Below, piece by piece: positions 1 through 10,717 of a stretch of DNA of 64,000 bases. A model generated the notes under the pieces. That model searched no databases. It had not been told where the DNA came from and saw nothing but the letters and a program-made list of their open reading frames with translations. The stretch covers positions 1,280,001 through 1,344,000 of the forward strand of contig OZ219790.1 in the NCBI GenBank assembly GCA_964291215.2, read 5' to 3'. The stretch's first letter is position 1, and each line of letters begins with the position of its first letter. The stretch comes from Alphaproteobacteria bacterium (GTDB lineage: Bacteria > Pseudomonadota > Alphaproteobacteria > MPNO01 > UBA830). Position numbers and translations under genes: made by a program.

Positions 1-567
1 GTCAAGAGCGCCCGAAACCTTCGACGGCATCGACCGGGAGACGGATGGCCGCTTCAAGGAGGCAAGGCCCGCCTCGAGCAGCGCGTGCCGCTTGAGGGCC
101 TGATCAACTACCCCGGCAGATCGCCCGCATGCTGCCGCAAGCCGCCGGGAAAGAGCGCCAGCGGTGCAGCGAGCGGCAACGACCACACCGGTACATCAGC
201 TCGATGCGCAACACGCGTCGCCAGAGGAACTGCTGCGGCCGCGGGCCGTGGAAAACATGAACCACCGAGACTGCGTCTTCGGCGAGGACGCCTGCCTGAC
301 CCGCAAACCGCGCCAGCCTCGACAACATCGCGCTCGCGGTGATCTTCGCCAACCGACGCGAGAGCCTCGCCGAAACACGGCGGCGGCTCGACCGCCGGGA
401 AGCCGTCGCAGCCCTGAGCGCCAATGGTGCCCGGCCGATTCCCGGACGCCGCCCACAACCCGCCCACGCGCCGATAACGCCGCCGGCAACGACTGCGGAC
501 GGCCCCGAAAACCCGGCACGCCGTGAAACCTCCGGACAGCAGAAGACAGCAAAATTGAATGCAGCGT
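1..567 (+). mobile_element. Decayed ISAs1-family element, 3' part (copy A; starts before the window)
   Basis: Frame-broken ISAs1 motifs (AVENMNHRDCVFGEDACLTR, NIALAVIFAN); homologous to 40198-40848 but 84 bp shorter through many small deletions. Confidence 0.8.
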
Positions 568-662
568 GGGAAACTCTTGCATACCACGATGGACATCGGG
601 CCGGAGATGTGGAATTGTTGCCCAAGCAAGATCTACGCCGGACTCTGCAGGAGACTTCAGAC

Positions 663-1730
663 ATGACGCGTGAAACCATTCAACCGTTCATTCGCAACGC
701 GTGGTATATAGCCGCTTGGTCGGAAGAACTTGATGACGGGCTCCTTGCCCGCACCATCATGAACGAACCGATCGTACTCTACCGGGATGCCGACGGCACG
801 CCCGGCGGCCTTGAGGACCGTTGCTGTCATCGCGGCGCTCCACTGACCCATGGCACCATAGTCGAGGCCGGACTGGAATGCGGCTACCACGGCCTGACCT
901 TTGATACCAAGGGCAACTGCGTCCGTATTCCTGGCCAGAAAAACATCCCGCCACAAGCGCGCGTACGCAACTATCCCGTGGTCGAACGGGATCAGATCCT
1001 GTGGATATGGATGGGCGACCCGGCACGTGCGGACGAGACGCTGATCGTTGACTATCCCTATCACAATCAGCCCGGGGAGTGGCCGCACCGGAAGGCGATG
1101 TTCCCAATCAAGGCCAACTACATGCTGATGATCGACAACCTGATGGATCTGACCCATCTCGGATATGTGCACCGCCAGACCATAGGCGGCAATCCGGGCC
1201 AGCATGTTGCCGCGGACATGGACACCCGGCAGACCGATCGCGGAGCCTACTTCATCCGCTGGATGCTGGACCACGATCCGCCGCCGACTTATCGCAAGGG
1301 CGGCAAGTTCGATGGCAAGGTCGACCGCTGGCAGGAATTCGAATATGTCGGACCGAGCATCGTGCTGCAGTGGTCCGGGGCGCTAGATGTCGGCAAGGGT
1401 GCACGGGAGGATCGCAACAAGACAGGTTTCCACCTGCGGCTGCTGCATGGTGCAACACCGGAGACCGAAACCTCGTTCCACTATTTCTGGTCCTCCGCCA
1501 ACGGCTATCGTCAGGACGATCCGCAAGCCACCCAGGAGATGTATGACGAGATCTATCCGACGTTCATCGAGGACAAGGAGATCATGGAAGCCCAGCAGAC
1601 GCGGGTAAATCTCGACCCCGAGCGTGCACTGGTGGGAATCCATGCCGACAGCGCCCTCTCGCTGGCCCGGCTCTCGCTCGCAAAGCTGATTGAGGAAGAC
1701 CGCAACATAATGGCGGTGGCGGCCGAGTAG
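663..1730 (+). CDS. Rieske non-heme iron oxygenase alpha subunit (VanA-like O-demethylase family)
   Basis: Rieske motif DRCCHRGAPL...CGYHG; iron site DNLMDLTHLGYVH; GGAG RBS before ATG 663. Confidence 0.9.
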   Translation: MTRETIQPFIRNAWYIAAWSEELDDGLLARTIMNEPIVLYRDADGTPGGLEDRCCHRGAPLTHGTIVEAGLECGYHGLTFDTKGNCVRIPGQKNIPPQARVRNYPVVERDQILWIWMGDPARADETLIVDYPYHNQPGEWPHRKAMFPIKANYMLMIDNLMDLTHLGYVHRQTIGGNPGQHVAADMDTRQTDRGAYFIRWMLDHDPPPTYRKGGKFDGKVDRWQEFEYVGPSIVLQWSGALDVGKGAREDRNKTGFHLRLLHGATPETETSFHYFWSSANGYRQDDPQATQEMYDEIYPTFIEDKEIMEAQQTRVNLDPERALVGIHADSALSLARLSLAKLIEEDRNIMAVAAE

Positions 1731-1885
1731 CGCCAGCAGCTTCCTTCAGAACAGCGGCTCGAAACGATCGGGGCGCACTTGGCGCTGCGCCCCGGTTTTC
1801 GTTTCAGACCTACCCGGTCCGCGCTATCCTGGCGGCCGGACAACCGTCATCGGCATGCCCGGATCAACCACGGGCTTCCGGCATG

Positions 1886-2560
1886 TCAGCTCGCGTGCTG
1901 CGCCATCCATTCCATCGCGCGCGTGTAGGAACGCTCGGTGGCGCCGGGATTGTAGGCATCGCGATCATCGCAGGTGAAGCCGTGCCCCGCGTCGTCGTAG
2001 ACGTAGAGCGGGCAATCCTGCAGCGCATTCTTGATTGTCTGCAGGTCGTCGAGGGGAATCGCGGCATCCTTATCACCAAAATGGAACTGGGTCGGGCACC
2101 TGGGCGCCATTTCACCGACCTTGGCCGCTATGCCGCCACCGTAAAACGGCATTGCGGCCGCAACACCGTCAACCTTGCAGGCCGCGACGTAGGTCGCATA
2201 ACCGCCGAAGCAGAAGCCGATGACGCTGACCTTTCCGGCCGACGAAACCTCGCGCACCGCAGCGCCGATATCCGCTATGATCCATTCGTCGGTGATCTTC
2301 CCGCGGATCTCGCGTCCCTTCGCAAAGTCGTCCTCATTGTAGGTCAGCTCCACCCCTTTCTCGACGCGGTCGAACAGCGCTGGCGCTATCGAAAAATAGC
2401 CTTGCCCGGCAAAATGGTCAGTGGTCCGGCGAATCTGGCCGTTAATGCCGAAAATCTCCTGAATGATGACCAACCCGCCCTTTGCGGGCCCCGAAGGTTC
2501 GGACTTGTAGGCATCGAGCTGATGGCCGTCGGCTGCGGAAAGCGAAATCGTCTGTCCCAT
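1886..2560 (-). CDS. Dienelactone hydrolase family protein
   Basis: QEIFG, GFCFGG nucleophile motif, AGHGF. Confidence 0.9.
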   Translation of the reverse strand: MGQTISLSAADGHQLDAYKSEPSGPAKGGLVIIQEIFGINGQIRRTTDHFAGQGYFSIAPALFDRVEKGVELTYNEDDFAKGREIRGKITDEWIIADIGAAVREVSSAGKVSVIGFCFGGYATYVAACKVDGVAAAMPFYGGGIAAKVGEMAPRCPTQFHFGDKDAAIPLDDLQTIKNALQDCPLYVYDDAGHGFTCDDRDAYNPGATERSYTRAMEWMAQHAS

Positions 2561-2664
2561 AGGTCTTCCTTTCGTTCTGGCTGGGGCTGCCGGGCGCTCG
2601 AGCCGGGCTGACATGACTGGCCAGCCGCTGGTCACGACGGCCCGCCGCAATCTAGCAAAACCGA

Positions 2665-3762
2665 TCATGTATTGAAACGAAAAAGCATGACATCGCCGTC
2701 AGCTACCCTGTATTCGCGGCCTTCCTGGCGCATGCGTCCGGCATCCCGGGCTCCCTGCTCGCCACCGCAGGCGACGAAGTCCTCATAGGACACCGTCTCG
2801 GCACAGATGAAGCCGCGCGCGAAGTCGGTGTGGATGTTGTCTGCCGCCTCGCTTGCAGTCGCGCCAAGCGGCAAAGGCCAAGCCCGGGCTTCCTTCGGGC
2901 CGGCTGTGAAATAGGTGATCAGCCCGAGAAGCCGGTAACCGGCACGGACGAAACGCTCCAGCCCGGCCCGCTCGAGACCGAGGCTGGCGAGGAAATCACC
3001 TCGCTCGTGATCGTCTTCGAGCAGCGCGATCTCTGCCTCGATGGCGGCGGATATGGTCACGCTGGCCGCCCCCTTTGCCACAGCCATCGTCTCGACCCTT
3101 CGTGAAAGGGCGTTTCCCGCAATGTCGCCCTCGCCGACATTGCACACGTAGAGGACAGGTTTGGAGGTCAGCAACTGCATCTGACGATAGAGCGCGCGCT
3201 CATCGTCAGCGAGGGTCATGTCGCGCGCCGGCCGACCCGCCACCAGAAGCTCCATCGCACGGTCAACCAGCAACAGCATCGCGCGGGCCTCGCCATCACC
3301 GCCGCGGACCTTCCGCACGAGTCCATCGCGCCGTCCCTCGAGACTCTGGAGGTCCGCGAGCAGAAACTCGGTCTCCACTACCTCGGCGTCAGCAACGGGA
3401 TCAACACGCCCTGCAACATGGGTAACGCTGTCATCCTCGAAACAGCGCAGCACATGGGCAATGGCATCAACTTCACGGATATGGCCAAGGAACCGGTTGC
3501 CAAGCCCCTCCCCGGTGCTGGCGCCGGCAACAAGGCCGGCGATATCGACGAAATCGAACCGTGACGGAACCGTGGCCGCAGATGCGGCGAGCGAAGCAAT
3601 CCTTGCAAGCCGCGGATCGGGCACTGGCACCACACCCTCATTCGGCTCGATCGTGCTGAAGGGATAGTTGGCCGCACCAGCGGCGGCCGACGCCGTCAAC
3701 GCGTTGAACAGGGTCGACTTGCCAACATTGGGCAGGCCGACAATGCCGCAGCGAAGGCTCAC
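2665..3762 (-). CDS. ychF: Redox-regulated ribosome-binding ATPase YchF
   Basis: GIVGLPNVGKSTLFNALT, ANYPF, DIAGLV, C-terminal TGS domain. Confidence 0.97.
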   Translation of the reverse strand: MSLRCGIVGLPNVGKSTLFNALTASAAAGAANYPFSTIEPNEGVVPVPDPRLARIASLAASAATVPSRFDFVDIAGLVAGASTGEGLGNRFLGHIREVDAIAHVLRCFEDDSVTHVAGRVDPVADAEVVETEFLLADLQSLEGRRDGLVRKVRGGDGEARAMLLLVDRAMELLVAGRPARDMTLADDERALYRQMQLLTSKPVLYVCNVGEGDIAGNALSRRVETMAVAKGAASVTISAAIEAEIALLEDDHERGDFLASLGLERAGLERFVRAGYRLLGLITYFTAGPKEARAWPLPLGATASEAADNIHTDFARGFICAETVSYEDFVACGGEQGARDAGRMRQEGREYRVADGDVMLFRFNT

Positions 3763-4376
3763 CGGGAAGCCTCCGAGCCGTCGGTCTCGCCGCCTCGCTT
3801 GCGTCCCGGCGGCGGTGCCAGCAGGGCGACGCGGGTCATGAAACCGGGATTGTCGCCCGCGACCAGCATCGGCAGGGCCTCGGCAATCGCCGACAGTACG
3901 GGAGCCAGCTGCTCGGTCTCGGCACGGGAAAAATCGGACAGGACGTGGCCGAGCACGCGCCGCCTGTCTCCGGGATGACCGATTCCGACCCGCACCCGCC
4001 GGAAATCCGGACCGATATGGGAGATAATGCTGCGGATACCGTTATGGCCGGCATGCCCTCCGCCGCTTTGCACGCGGACCTTTCCCAGCACGAGATCCAA
4101 CTCGTCATAGACCACGATCACGTCGCGGGCAGCAAGCTTGTAGAAACTCATGCCGGAACGCACCGCCCTGCCGGAATCGTTCATGAACGTGCGTGGCTTG
4201 ATGACCAGCAGCTTCTCGCCGTCGACGTTGCCGTCGGCGACATAGGCGTGGTGCCGCCCCTTGCGCAGGGACAGCCGGTAGCGGCGGATGATCTCGTCCG
4301 CCACCAAGAAACCGATATTGTGACGCTGACGCGCGTGCTTCGAACCGGGATTGCCGAGCCCGGCGACGAGCAGCAT
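3759..4376 (-). CDS. pth: Peptidyl-tRNA hydrolase
   Basis: GLGNPG, RHNIGF, GGHAGHNG; between rplY and ychF. Confidence 0.97.
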   Translation of the reverse strand: MLLVAGLGNPGSKHARQRHNIGFLVADEIIRRYRLSLRKGRHHAYVADGNVDGEKLLVIKPRTFMNDSGRAVRSGMSFYKLAARDVIVVYDELDLVLGKVRVQSGGGHAGHNGIRSIISHIGPDFRRVRVGIGHPGDRRRVLGHVLSDFSRAETEQLAPVLSAIAEALPMLVAGDNPGFMTRVALLAPPPGRKRGGETDGSEASR

Positions 4377-4411
4377 GGCGGGAAACGCGATCCGGCAGGA
4401 AACCGGCGCCG

Positions 4412-5080
4412 TCAGCCGCCAGCAGCCTCCGACGCGTCCTCCGCATCGGCCTCATCCTCGGCGGCAACCGCGCCCTCGTCGGTCTCTTCCTCTTCCGCCG
4501 TAGGCTCGGCCAGCACTGTCGGCGGCGCGATCGTGGCAACGGTGAAGTCTCGATCGGTGATGACGAACCCGATGCCTTCGGGCAGGGAAATGTCGCTTGC
4601 GCGAACCGAATCGCCGATATCCAGCCCCTCAAGGTCGACGGAGAGATCGTCCGGGATCTTGTCGGCCGTGCAGTACACCTCGACCTCGTGACGGACCACG
4701 TTCAGGATTCCCCCGCGCTTAATGCCGATGCTCTCGCGGTCATTCTCGAAGCCCACGGGCACCGCAACGGCAATCTTCCGGTCGGGGTCAAAACGCAGGA
4801 AGTCAACATGCATTGGCTGGTCCGAAACCGGATGAAACTGCACCTCACGAGGCAGCACGCGATGTTTCGTCCCTTCGATTTCCAAGTCGACCAGGCGAAT
4901 GAAAAAGCGTGGGTCGCTGATCACCTGGGAAAGCACACGACGCTCGATCGCCATTGCGACAGGCGCTTCGCTGTTGCCGTAGATAATTCCCGGAACGAAG
5001 CCGTCCCGGCGCAGACGGCGTGCCACGCCCTTGCTGCCCGGCTCGCGCCGGGTGCTGCTGATCGTCTCGAAATCGACCAT
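4412..5080 (-). CDS. rplY: 50S ribosomal protein L25/Ctc
   Basis: ARRLRRDGFVPGIIYG, QFHPV, HVDF, acidic tail. Confidence 0.95.
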   Translation of the reverse strand: MVDFETISSTRREPGSKGVARRLRRDGFVPGIIYGNSEAPVAMAIERRVLSQVISDPRFFIRLVDLEIEGTKHRVLPREVQFHPVSDQPMHVDFLRFDPDRKIAVAVPVGFENDRESIGIKRGGILNVVRHEVEVYCTADKIPDDLSVDLEGLDIGDSVRASDISLPEGIGFVITDRDFTVATIAPPTVLAEPTAEEEETDEGAVAAEDEADAEDASEAAGG

Positions 5081-5223
5081 GAACCTTCTCCTGGAGAGCC
5101 GACGGGACCGAATCGGTGTCCACTGCGCGCTGACGCGCCCTCGGGATCTCTGAATGGCTGGCTACCTGTCCCGCGCCACCGCTATGGGGCAGAGCGGGCC
5201 ACCTTGTAGCGCCCCGAAGCGGG

Positions 5224-6156
5224 CTAGTCAAACAGGCTCGACACCGACCGGGAGCCGCTGATGCGATCGATTGCCTCGCCAATCAGAGGTGCAATCGACA
5301 ACTGCTTGATGTTTCGCGCCACCCGCACGGCCTCCGTGCCCTGGATCGAATCCGTGATTATCAGCGTCTCGAGCGGCGCCGCGGAAATCCTGCTGACGGC
5401 GCCTCCGGAAAGGACGGCATGGGTGATGTAGGCGTGCACCGCCTTGGCACCTTGCCCGATCAGCGCCTCGGCGGCATTGCAGAGCGTTCCGCCAGAATCG
5501 ACGATATCGTCAATCAGGACGCAGGTGCGATCCTTCACGTCGCCGATGATGTGCATGACTTCCGACATGCCGGCCCGCTCCCGCCGCTTGTCGATGATGG
5601 CAAGCACCGTGTCGAGGCGGGCGGCAAAGGCCCGCGCGCGCCCAACGCCCCCGACATCCGGCGACACGATGACCAGATCGCCGTTGTCGAAATTCTCGCT
5701 GATATCGCGAACGAAAACGGGCGCCGCATAGAGGTTGTCGAGCGGAATGTCGAAGAATCCCTGGATCTGTCCGGCATGCAGATCCATGGTCAGCACCCGG
5801 TCGGCCCCGGCCACGGTGATCAGGTTCGCGACGAGCTTTGCCGATATCGGCGTGCGGGGGCCGGACTTGCGATCCTGGCGTGCATATCCGGAATAGGGCA
5901 TGACCGCGGTGATCCGGCTCGCCGATCCCCGGCGGGCGGCGTCGATGGCGACCAGCAGCTCCATGAGGTTGTCATTGGCCGGATAGGAGGTGGACTGGAT
6001 GATGAAGACATCCTCGCCGCGAATGTTCTCGTGAATCTCGACGAAACACTCCATGTCTGAAAAACGCCGGACACTGGCATCGGTAAGCGGCAGATTCAGG
6101 TAGGCGGCAATCGCCTCGGCAAGAGGTCGATTGCTGTTGCCCGCGATGATCTTCAT
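5224..6156 (-). CDS. prs: Ribose-phosphate pyrophosphokinase
   Basis: MKIIAGNSN start, [27 protein letters not shown]. Confidence 0.97.
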   Translation of the reverse strand: MKIIAGNSNRPLAEAIAAYLNLPLTDASVRRFSDMECFVEIHENIRGEDVFIIQSTSYPANDNLMELLVAIDAARRGSASRITAVMPYSGYARQDRKSGPRTPISAKLVANLITVAGADRVLTMDLHAGQIQGFFDIPLDNLYAAPVFVRDISENFDNGDLVIVSPDVGGVGRARAFAARLDTVLAIIDKRRERAGMSEVMHIIGDVKDRTCVLIDDIVDSGGTLCNAAEALIGQGAKAVHAYITHAVLSGGAVSRISAAPLETLIITDSIQGTEAVRVARNIKQLSIAPLIGEAIDRISGSRSVSSLFD

Positions 6157-6438
6157 TTTCGGCAGTTGTCCCTTGTTGTCCGGAAACGGAAATCGCAATC
6201 CGCGCCGGTGCAGGAAAGCCATGCCGGAGATGCCCACGCGAGCCGCCAGCGGCGGCCCAAACTACCAGCACGCCGGCAAAGTGCAAACCTGGCCGGCCGG
6301 AACGAAGCCGGACCGAACACGCGCGCGGCAACTTCACCGCCGACCCCAGGATCATCGGTCTACAGGACACAGCTGACGAGAAGGCTGAGAAACAGGGCCA
6401 GCAGGAAGATGATCATGTAAGGCATGGCACAGGATCTG

Positions 6439-7212
6439 CTAGCGCGAAAGCACGATTGCCGAAAGGCCGCGGCCATAGTCCCTCTCGCCGTGATGGCAGG
6501 CGCGACGATAACTGAAGAAGAGTGTCCGGTCGGCATAGGTGTCGTGAGGCAGCGCGGCTACCTCGCCTATCCCGGCGCGTTCGAGCCTGCTGCGGACGTA
6601 GGCGCGAAGATCGAACAGGTGTCGTTCCGGATCCCTGTCGGGGCGGAAATGGCGCGCACTGTCGGCATCGACGCTGACGAAGCGTTCATGAAGTTCCGGT
6701 CCCACCTGATAGCTCTCCCGAGCGATGCAGGGCCCGGTCGCCGCGACCACGGTTTCCCGCCGCGCTCCCGCCGATACCATTGCCTCCACCGTGTTTTCCA
6801 CTATGCCCGCAAGCGCCCCCTTCCAGCCGGCATGGGAAGCACCGATGATTCCGTTCCCGGTGTCCGCAAGGAGGACCGGAACACAGTCGGCAGTCAGGAT
6901 TCCGAGGACGATGCCAGGCTGGTCCGTAACCATGCCATCAGCCTTCGGTACGGCATCCGGCGAAGCGGGCATGTCCGAGATGCGGACTGCCCGGGCACTG
7001 TGCACCTGATAGAGCGTAACCAAATTTCCCCCGGTCCGACCAAGATGCGCCGCCGCGCGCCGGCGGTTCTCAAGCACCTGCGCCGGCTCGTCGCACGAAC
7101 CCATGCCGCAGTTAAGCGACGCGTAAAGACCTTCGCTCACGCCGCCCTCACGTGTGAAGAAACCGTGGCGCACGCCGTCGACCGCGGAAAGCAGGGGTGC
7201 CGTCAGCATCAT
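6439..7212 (-). CDS. pgeF: YfiH/PgeF family protein (peptidoglycan editing factor / purine nucleoside phosphorylase)
   Basis: HGFFTREGGVS, QVHS, TADCVPVL, HAGWKG, FFSYRR. Confidence 0.92.
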   Translation of the reverse strand: MMLTAPLLSAVDGVRHGFFTREGGVSEGLYASLNCGMGSCDEPAQVLENRRRAAAHLGRTGGNLVTLYQVHSARAVRISDMPASPDAVPKADGMVTDQPGIVLGILTADCVPVLLADTGNGIIGASHAGWKGALAGIVENTVEAMVSAGARRETVVAATGPCIARESYQVGPELHERFVSVDADSARHFRPDRDPERHLFDLRAYVRSRLERAGIGEVAALPHDTYADRTLFFSYRRACHHGERDYGRGLSAIVLSR

Positions 7213-8300
7213 TCGGGCACCGGGTCGAAACCCGGAGGCGGAGGCATCCCCGACGCCGTCGCCGCGATGACCTTGAACAGCGTCCCCATCCCGGCGGGAT
7301 CGATCAGCCGCGCCGTCGCAGCACGGATATCATCCTGCTGGCGCTTCCGGGGAGCGGATCGGGCGAGCCTGCCGGCGCGGGCCTCGATGCCGAGGCTCCT
7401 GAGGAACTGCCGCTGCGTAACCGGGCCGTGCACCACATTCCCGTGTCCCCCAAGACCCCTGGCAATGGCGGAAAAATCGACATGCGCGGTGATGTCGCAT
7501 TCACCGAGATCGACCAACGGATCCACGGGTCGGTGATTGCGCACGGCCTGGAGCGTATCGCCGACAGAGGGGTGATCATGGCCATAATCCACGAACAGGG
7601 CCGCACCGCCGTGGCGTGCCAAGTGGTCCGCCACCGGTAACATGGCCTGCTCCAGCGCCGTGTGTGCTTCGAAGACCGTTCCAGCCGGCGAGTCACGGAG
7701 ATGCACCGGAACCAGATCAGCATGTTTCCTTGCCGGCTGGCCGGACAAAAGGGCCAAGCGGCCGGCTTCGAGCCCGACCTGCCTTTCGGCCCAGCCCCGT
7801 GGTGTGCGGACAAGCTGTTTGGGCGGAATACAGTCCAGATACTCGTTCGCGATCAGGACCAGCGGAGCCTCAGGCAGGCCGGCAAGCCCGTCATGCCAGC
7901 GTGGCGAGAGGTGCAGGAGCGTCTTTTCCTGAATCCTGCGCATGGCCGGACTCTTCTCGATCAGATGGATCTCGGCATGCCGAAGGATGTCGCTCATGGG
8001 CTCCAGGGCGCGGCAGGCATCCGCCATCAGCGTGCCGCGTCCCGGACCGGCCTCGGCCAGCAGCACACGTTTCGGCCATCCCATCTGTTCCCAGACGACA
8101 GCTGCCCAGGCGCCGATCAGTTCGCCGAAGATCTGCGAGATTTCGGGAGCGGTAATGAAATCGCCCGCCGCGCCGAGCGGGTCGCGGGTAGCGTAGTAGC
8201 CATGTCGGGGATGAAGCTGGGCGGATGCAACCAGTTCTTCGACGGCGATCGGGCCGCTGCGGCCGATCCGCTCCCGCACCAGCTCCTCAAGCGGCGTCAT
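7209..8300 (-). CDS. SAM-dependent methyltransferase, NDUFAF7/MidA family
   Basis: GYY...GDFITAPEISQIFGE, EAGPGRGTLM, DYG, DITAHVDF; conserved lgt-MTase-pgeF order. Confidence 0.9.
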   Translation of the reverse strand: MTPLEELVRERIGRSGPIAVEELVASAQLHPRHGYYATRDPLGAAGDFITAPEISQIFGELIGAWAAVVWEQMGWPKRVLLAEAGPGRGTLMADACRALEPMSDILRHAEIHLIEKSPAMRRIQEKTLLHLSPRWHDGLAGLPEAPLVLIANEYLDCIPPKQLVRTPRGWAERQVGLEAGRLALLSGQPARKHADLVPVHLRDSPAGTVFEAHTALEQAMLPVADHLARHGGAALFVDYGHDHPSVGDTLQAVRNHRPVDPLVDLGECDITAHVDFSAIARGLGGHGNVVHGPVTQRQFLRSLGIEARAGRLARSAPRKRQQDDIRAATARLIDPAGMGTLFKVIAATASGMPPPPGFDPVPE

Positions 8301-9084
8301 GTCGCCGCGACATGCTGAGCAGCCAGAGGCCAGCGAACACGAGCGGAACGCAGAGCCACTGGCCCATCGTCGTACCAGCCACGAGGAAGCCAAGATGTGC
8401 GTCTGGCTGGCGGAAGAACTCGGCGATGATGCGCGCGATGCCGTAGCCGATCAGGAAAATGCCCGACAGCCGTCCACGCACGGAGAGGCTGCTGGTCCTG
8501 GCGGCACACCACAGGAGTACGGCAAACAGCACCAGGCCCTCGAGAAAGGCCTCGTAGATCTGGCTGGGATGTCGTGGCAGCGAGCCGGCATGGGGAAACA
8601 CCATGCCGAGTGGCGAGTCCGTCACCCGGCCATAGAGCTCACCGTTGATGAAATTCGCGAGCCGGCCGAGAAACAGACCAATCGGTGCACCACAAACAGT
8701 GATGTCGCCGAGCGCAATCCAGTCAAATCGGCGCCGGCGCGCAAAGAGCCACAGTGCCGCGACAACACCGACCAGCCCGCCGTGAAACGACATCCCGCCC
8801 TGCCACAACGCAAGCGCGGCGAGCGGATGATCAAGATAGTATCCGGGCTTGTAGAACAGCACGTAACCGAGGCGCCCGCCGATCACGACGCCGATCGTCG
8901 CCCAAATCACGAAGTCGTCGATGGCTGCCGGCGAGGGATCACCCGGACGCCGCCGAGCCAGCCACACCATATAGCGCCATGCAAGCAGGATGCCGAACAC
9001 ATAGGATAAGGCATACCAGCGGATCGCAAAGGGACCGACCTCGACGATGACGGGATCTATGACGGGGTAAGTCAGGGTCAGCAT
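8287..9084 (-). CDS. lgt: Prolipoprotein diacylglyceryl transferase
   Basis: IRWYAL, GGRLGYVLFY, GGMSFHGG, GRLANFINGELYGR, RHPSQIYE. Confidence 0.97.
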   Translation of the reverse strand: MLTLTYPVIDPVIVEVGPFAIRWYALSYVFGILLAWRYMVWLARRRPGDPSPAAIDDFVIWATIGVVIGGRLGYVLFYKPGYYLDHPLAALALWQGGMSFHGGLVGVVAALWLFARRRRFDWIALGDITVCGAPIGLFLGRLANFINGELYGRVTDSPLGMVFPHAGSLPRHPSQIYEAFLEGLVLFAVLLWCAARTSSLSVRGRLSGIFLIGYGIARIIAEFFRQPDAHLGFLVAGTTMGQWLCVPLVFAGLWLLSMSRRHDAA

Positions 9085-9246
9085 GTCGCCTTCACGGTTC
9101 GCGACGCGCTTCGGGATTGCGCCCGGAGCGCGTCCTTTATAGGTTTCCGCCGTGCCAGCTTCAAGGTAGAGGCACACAGCGCTGTTGCCAAAATCTCAGC
9201 ATGCCGCGTCAGCAGGTTCGTCCCGCGCGGAGCAAGGAGAATCGAT

Positions 9247-9546
9247 ATGCAGAGTCGCAACAGGATATTTGACGACGCCGCACGGGTTGCCGGCGGTGCG
9301 CTCGAAACCCTGTCCGGGATGCGGCGCGAGATCGAAGATATGATCCGTCATCGCATCGATGTGATCCTGTCGAACCGGGACCTCGTTACCCGGGACGAAT
9401 TCGACGCCGTGAAGGAGATCGCGGTCAGCGCACGGGCCGAACAGCAACGGCTCGAGGGGCGCGTCGTCGAACTCGAGGAGAAGATTGCCCGGCTGGCGCG
9501 GACATCGGCCCGGACAGCCCGTCGCACCGGCTCCGGGCGCCGGTGA
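9247..9546 (+). CDS. UbiK/YqiC (BMFP) family accessory protein
   Basis: DLVTRDEFD motif, coiled coil, AAGGAG RBS, divergent from lgt as in other Alphaproteobacteria. Confidence 0.85.
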   Translation: MQSRNRIFDDAARVAGGALETLSGMRREIEDMIRHRIDVILSNRDLVTRDEFDAVKEIAVSARAEQQRLEGRVVELEEKIARLARTSARTARRTGSGRR

Positions 9547-9558
9547 GGGCCTGACGGC

Positions 9559-9740
9559 CACGACGATCCCATGCTAATTCGGAGACGCGAAATGCGTTGG
9601 GGCTCATCACAGATCGCCTCCTTGATCGCAATTTTCGTGCCAAGAAGGCCTCATCGAGCCTTGGCGGCACGATTGCAGCGCGACGCAAACTGAGAAAATC
9701 TCGCCAGTCGTCACCGGATCAGCAGCGTGGGATCACCGTG
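9559..9740. mobile_element. MITE, about 182 bp (copy 1)
   Basis: Imperfect TIRs CACGACGATCCCA...TGGGATCACCGTG; 10-bp flanking direct repeat GCCTGACGGC (9549-9558, 9741-9750); second copy at 46774-46968. Confidence 0.85.
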
Positions 9741-10028
9741 GCCTGACGGCCGACCCCGACGGCCCTTTCATCTACTGCGAAATCACGCTGTCCCGCCGCA
9801 TTTCGCGTTCAGGCGGAAAACCAGCTATCGGCTCTGCAACAGGCAAATCGTCTGCATCGGAAAAGTGCTCCGATCGGTCACTTGCGGTCCTGACCGGCAT
9901 GAGAGTCCGGCACGGATCCTCATTTTCCGGTTCGGGCGGCATGAGGTTCAGCGGTTGAGCGCCCGCATTCCAGTTCTTCCGGAGCGAGCAGAGCGAGATG
10001 TCCTTGTGCGGATGCGCATTCTCTCGTC

Positions 10029-10505
10029 ATGTATCGTATCGTGCGCCCGCCGGCTTCCCCCCGGGATGGCATGGAGCACTGTATCCCGAAGACGAGACGC
10101 CGTTACTCCTGGACTACTCCATCAATCTGCCCGCCTGCGCACCATCGGGCACTTGACATGATGGTCGGCCGTGACCGCGCCGAGGAACTGTTTCCGCTGG
10201 ACGACGAGGAGATCAGGCGCCAGATGTTGCGCGAGGCGAGACGAAATCCTCCGCCCGGCTCGCCCTCCCCGAGGAGGACGAAGGGCTGTTCAAGCGAGTT
10301 TACCGGTGGAAGGAGGCGGTGTGCATGGCTCACCCCGGCCCGTTCAGGACGATCACGGACATTCGCAGCCAGCTCCGGCGAGAGGTCAGGAATCTGTTCC
10401 TCGCCGGAGACTACATGGGAGGTATCCTCCGTCAACGGCGCCCCGGCAAGCGGCATCGGGACCGCCGACGAGGTTGCGGAAATGCTCCGGTCCCGCACTC
10501 AATAG
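10029..10505 (+). pseudogene. Frameshifted C-terminal remnant of an FAD-dependent oxidoreductase (amine oxidase/protoporphyrinogen oxidase-like)
   Basis: Motifs RVYRWKEAVC, NLFLAGDYM and SVNGA.ASG split across frames; no N-terminal GxGxxG. Confidence 0.55.
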
Positions 10506-10717
10506 CGCTTCGGCGGGGACTCCGGATCCTGTCCATTCCCCCGCGCGAGAGAAGTGCGGGATCGGCACTCTCGCGACATTGCATGCCGCCGCGCGGGCTG
10601 TCGGCGGCATGCCCGGACCCCTTGCCGCGATCGCGCGCGAAGGCCTGATTCGCCGACGCGTCGACATGAATCTCTCAACCCGAAATCTCGCGGCCCTGAA
10701 CGAATTCGGCGCCGTTA

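Noticed and set aside
339-662. N-terminal extension fusing ISAs1 sequence to the Rieske oxygenase (ORF 339-1730)
   Set aside because: Chance open frame through the IS tail; RBS and the paralog at 54322 support ATG 663
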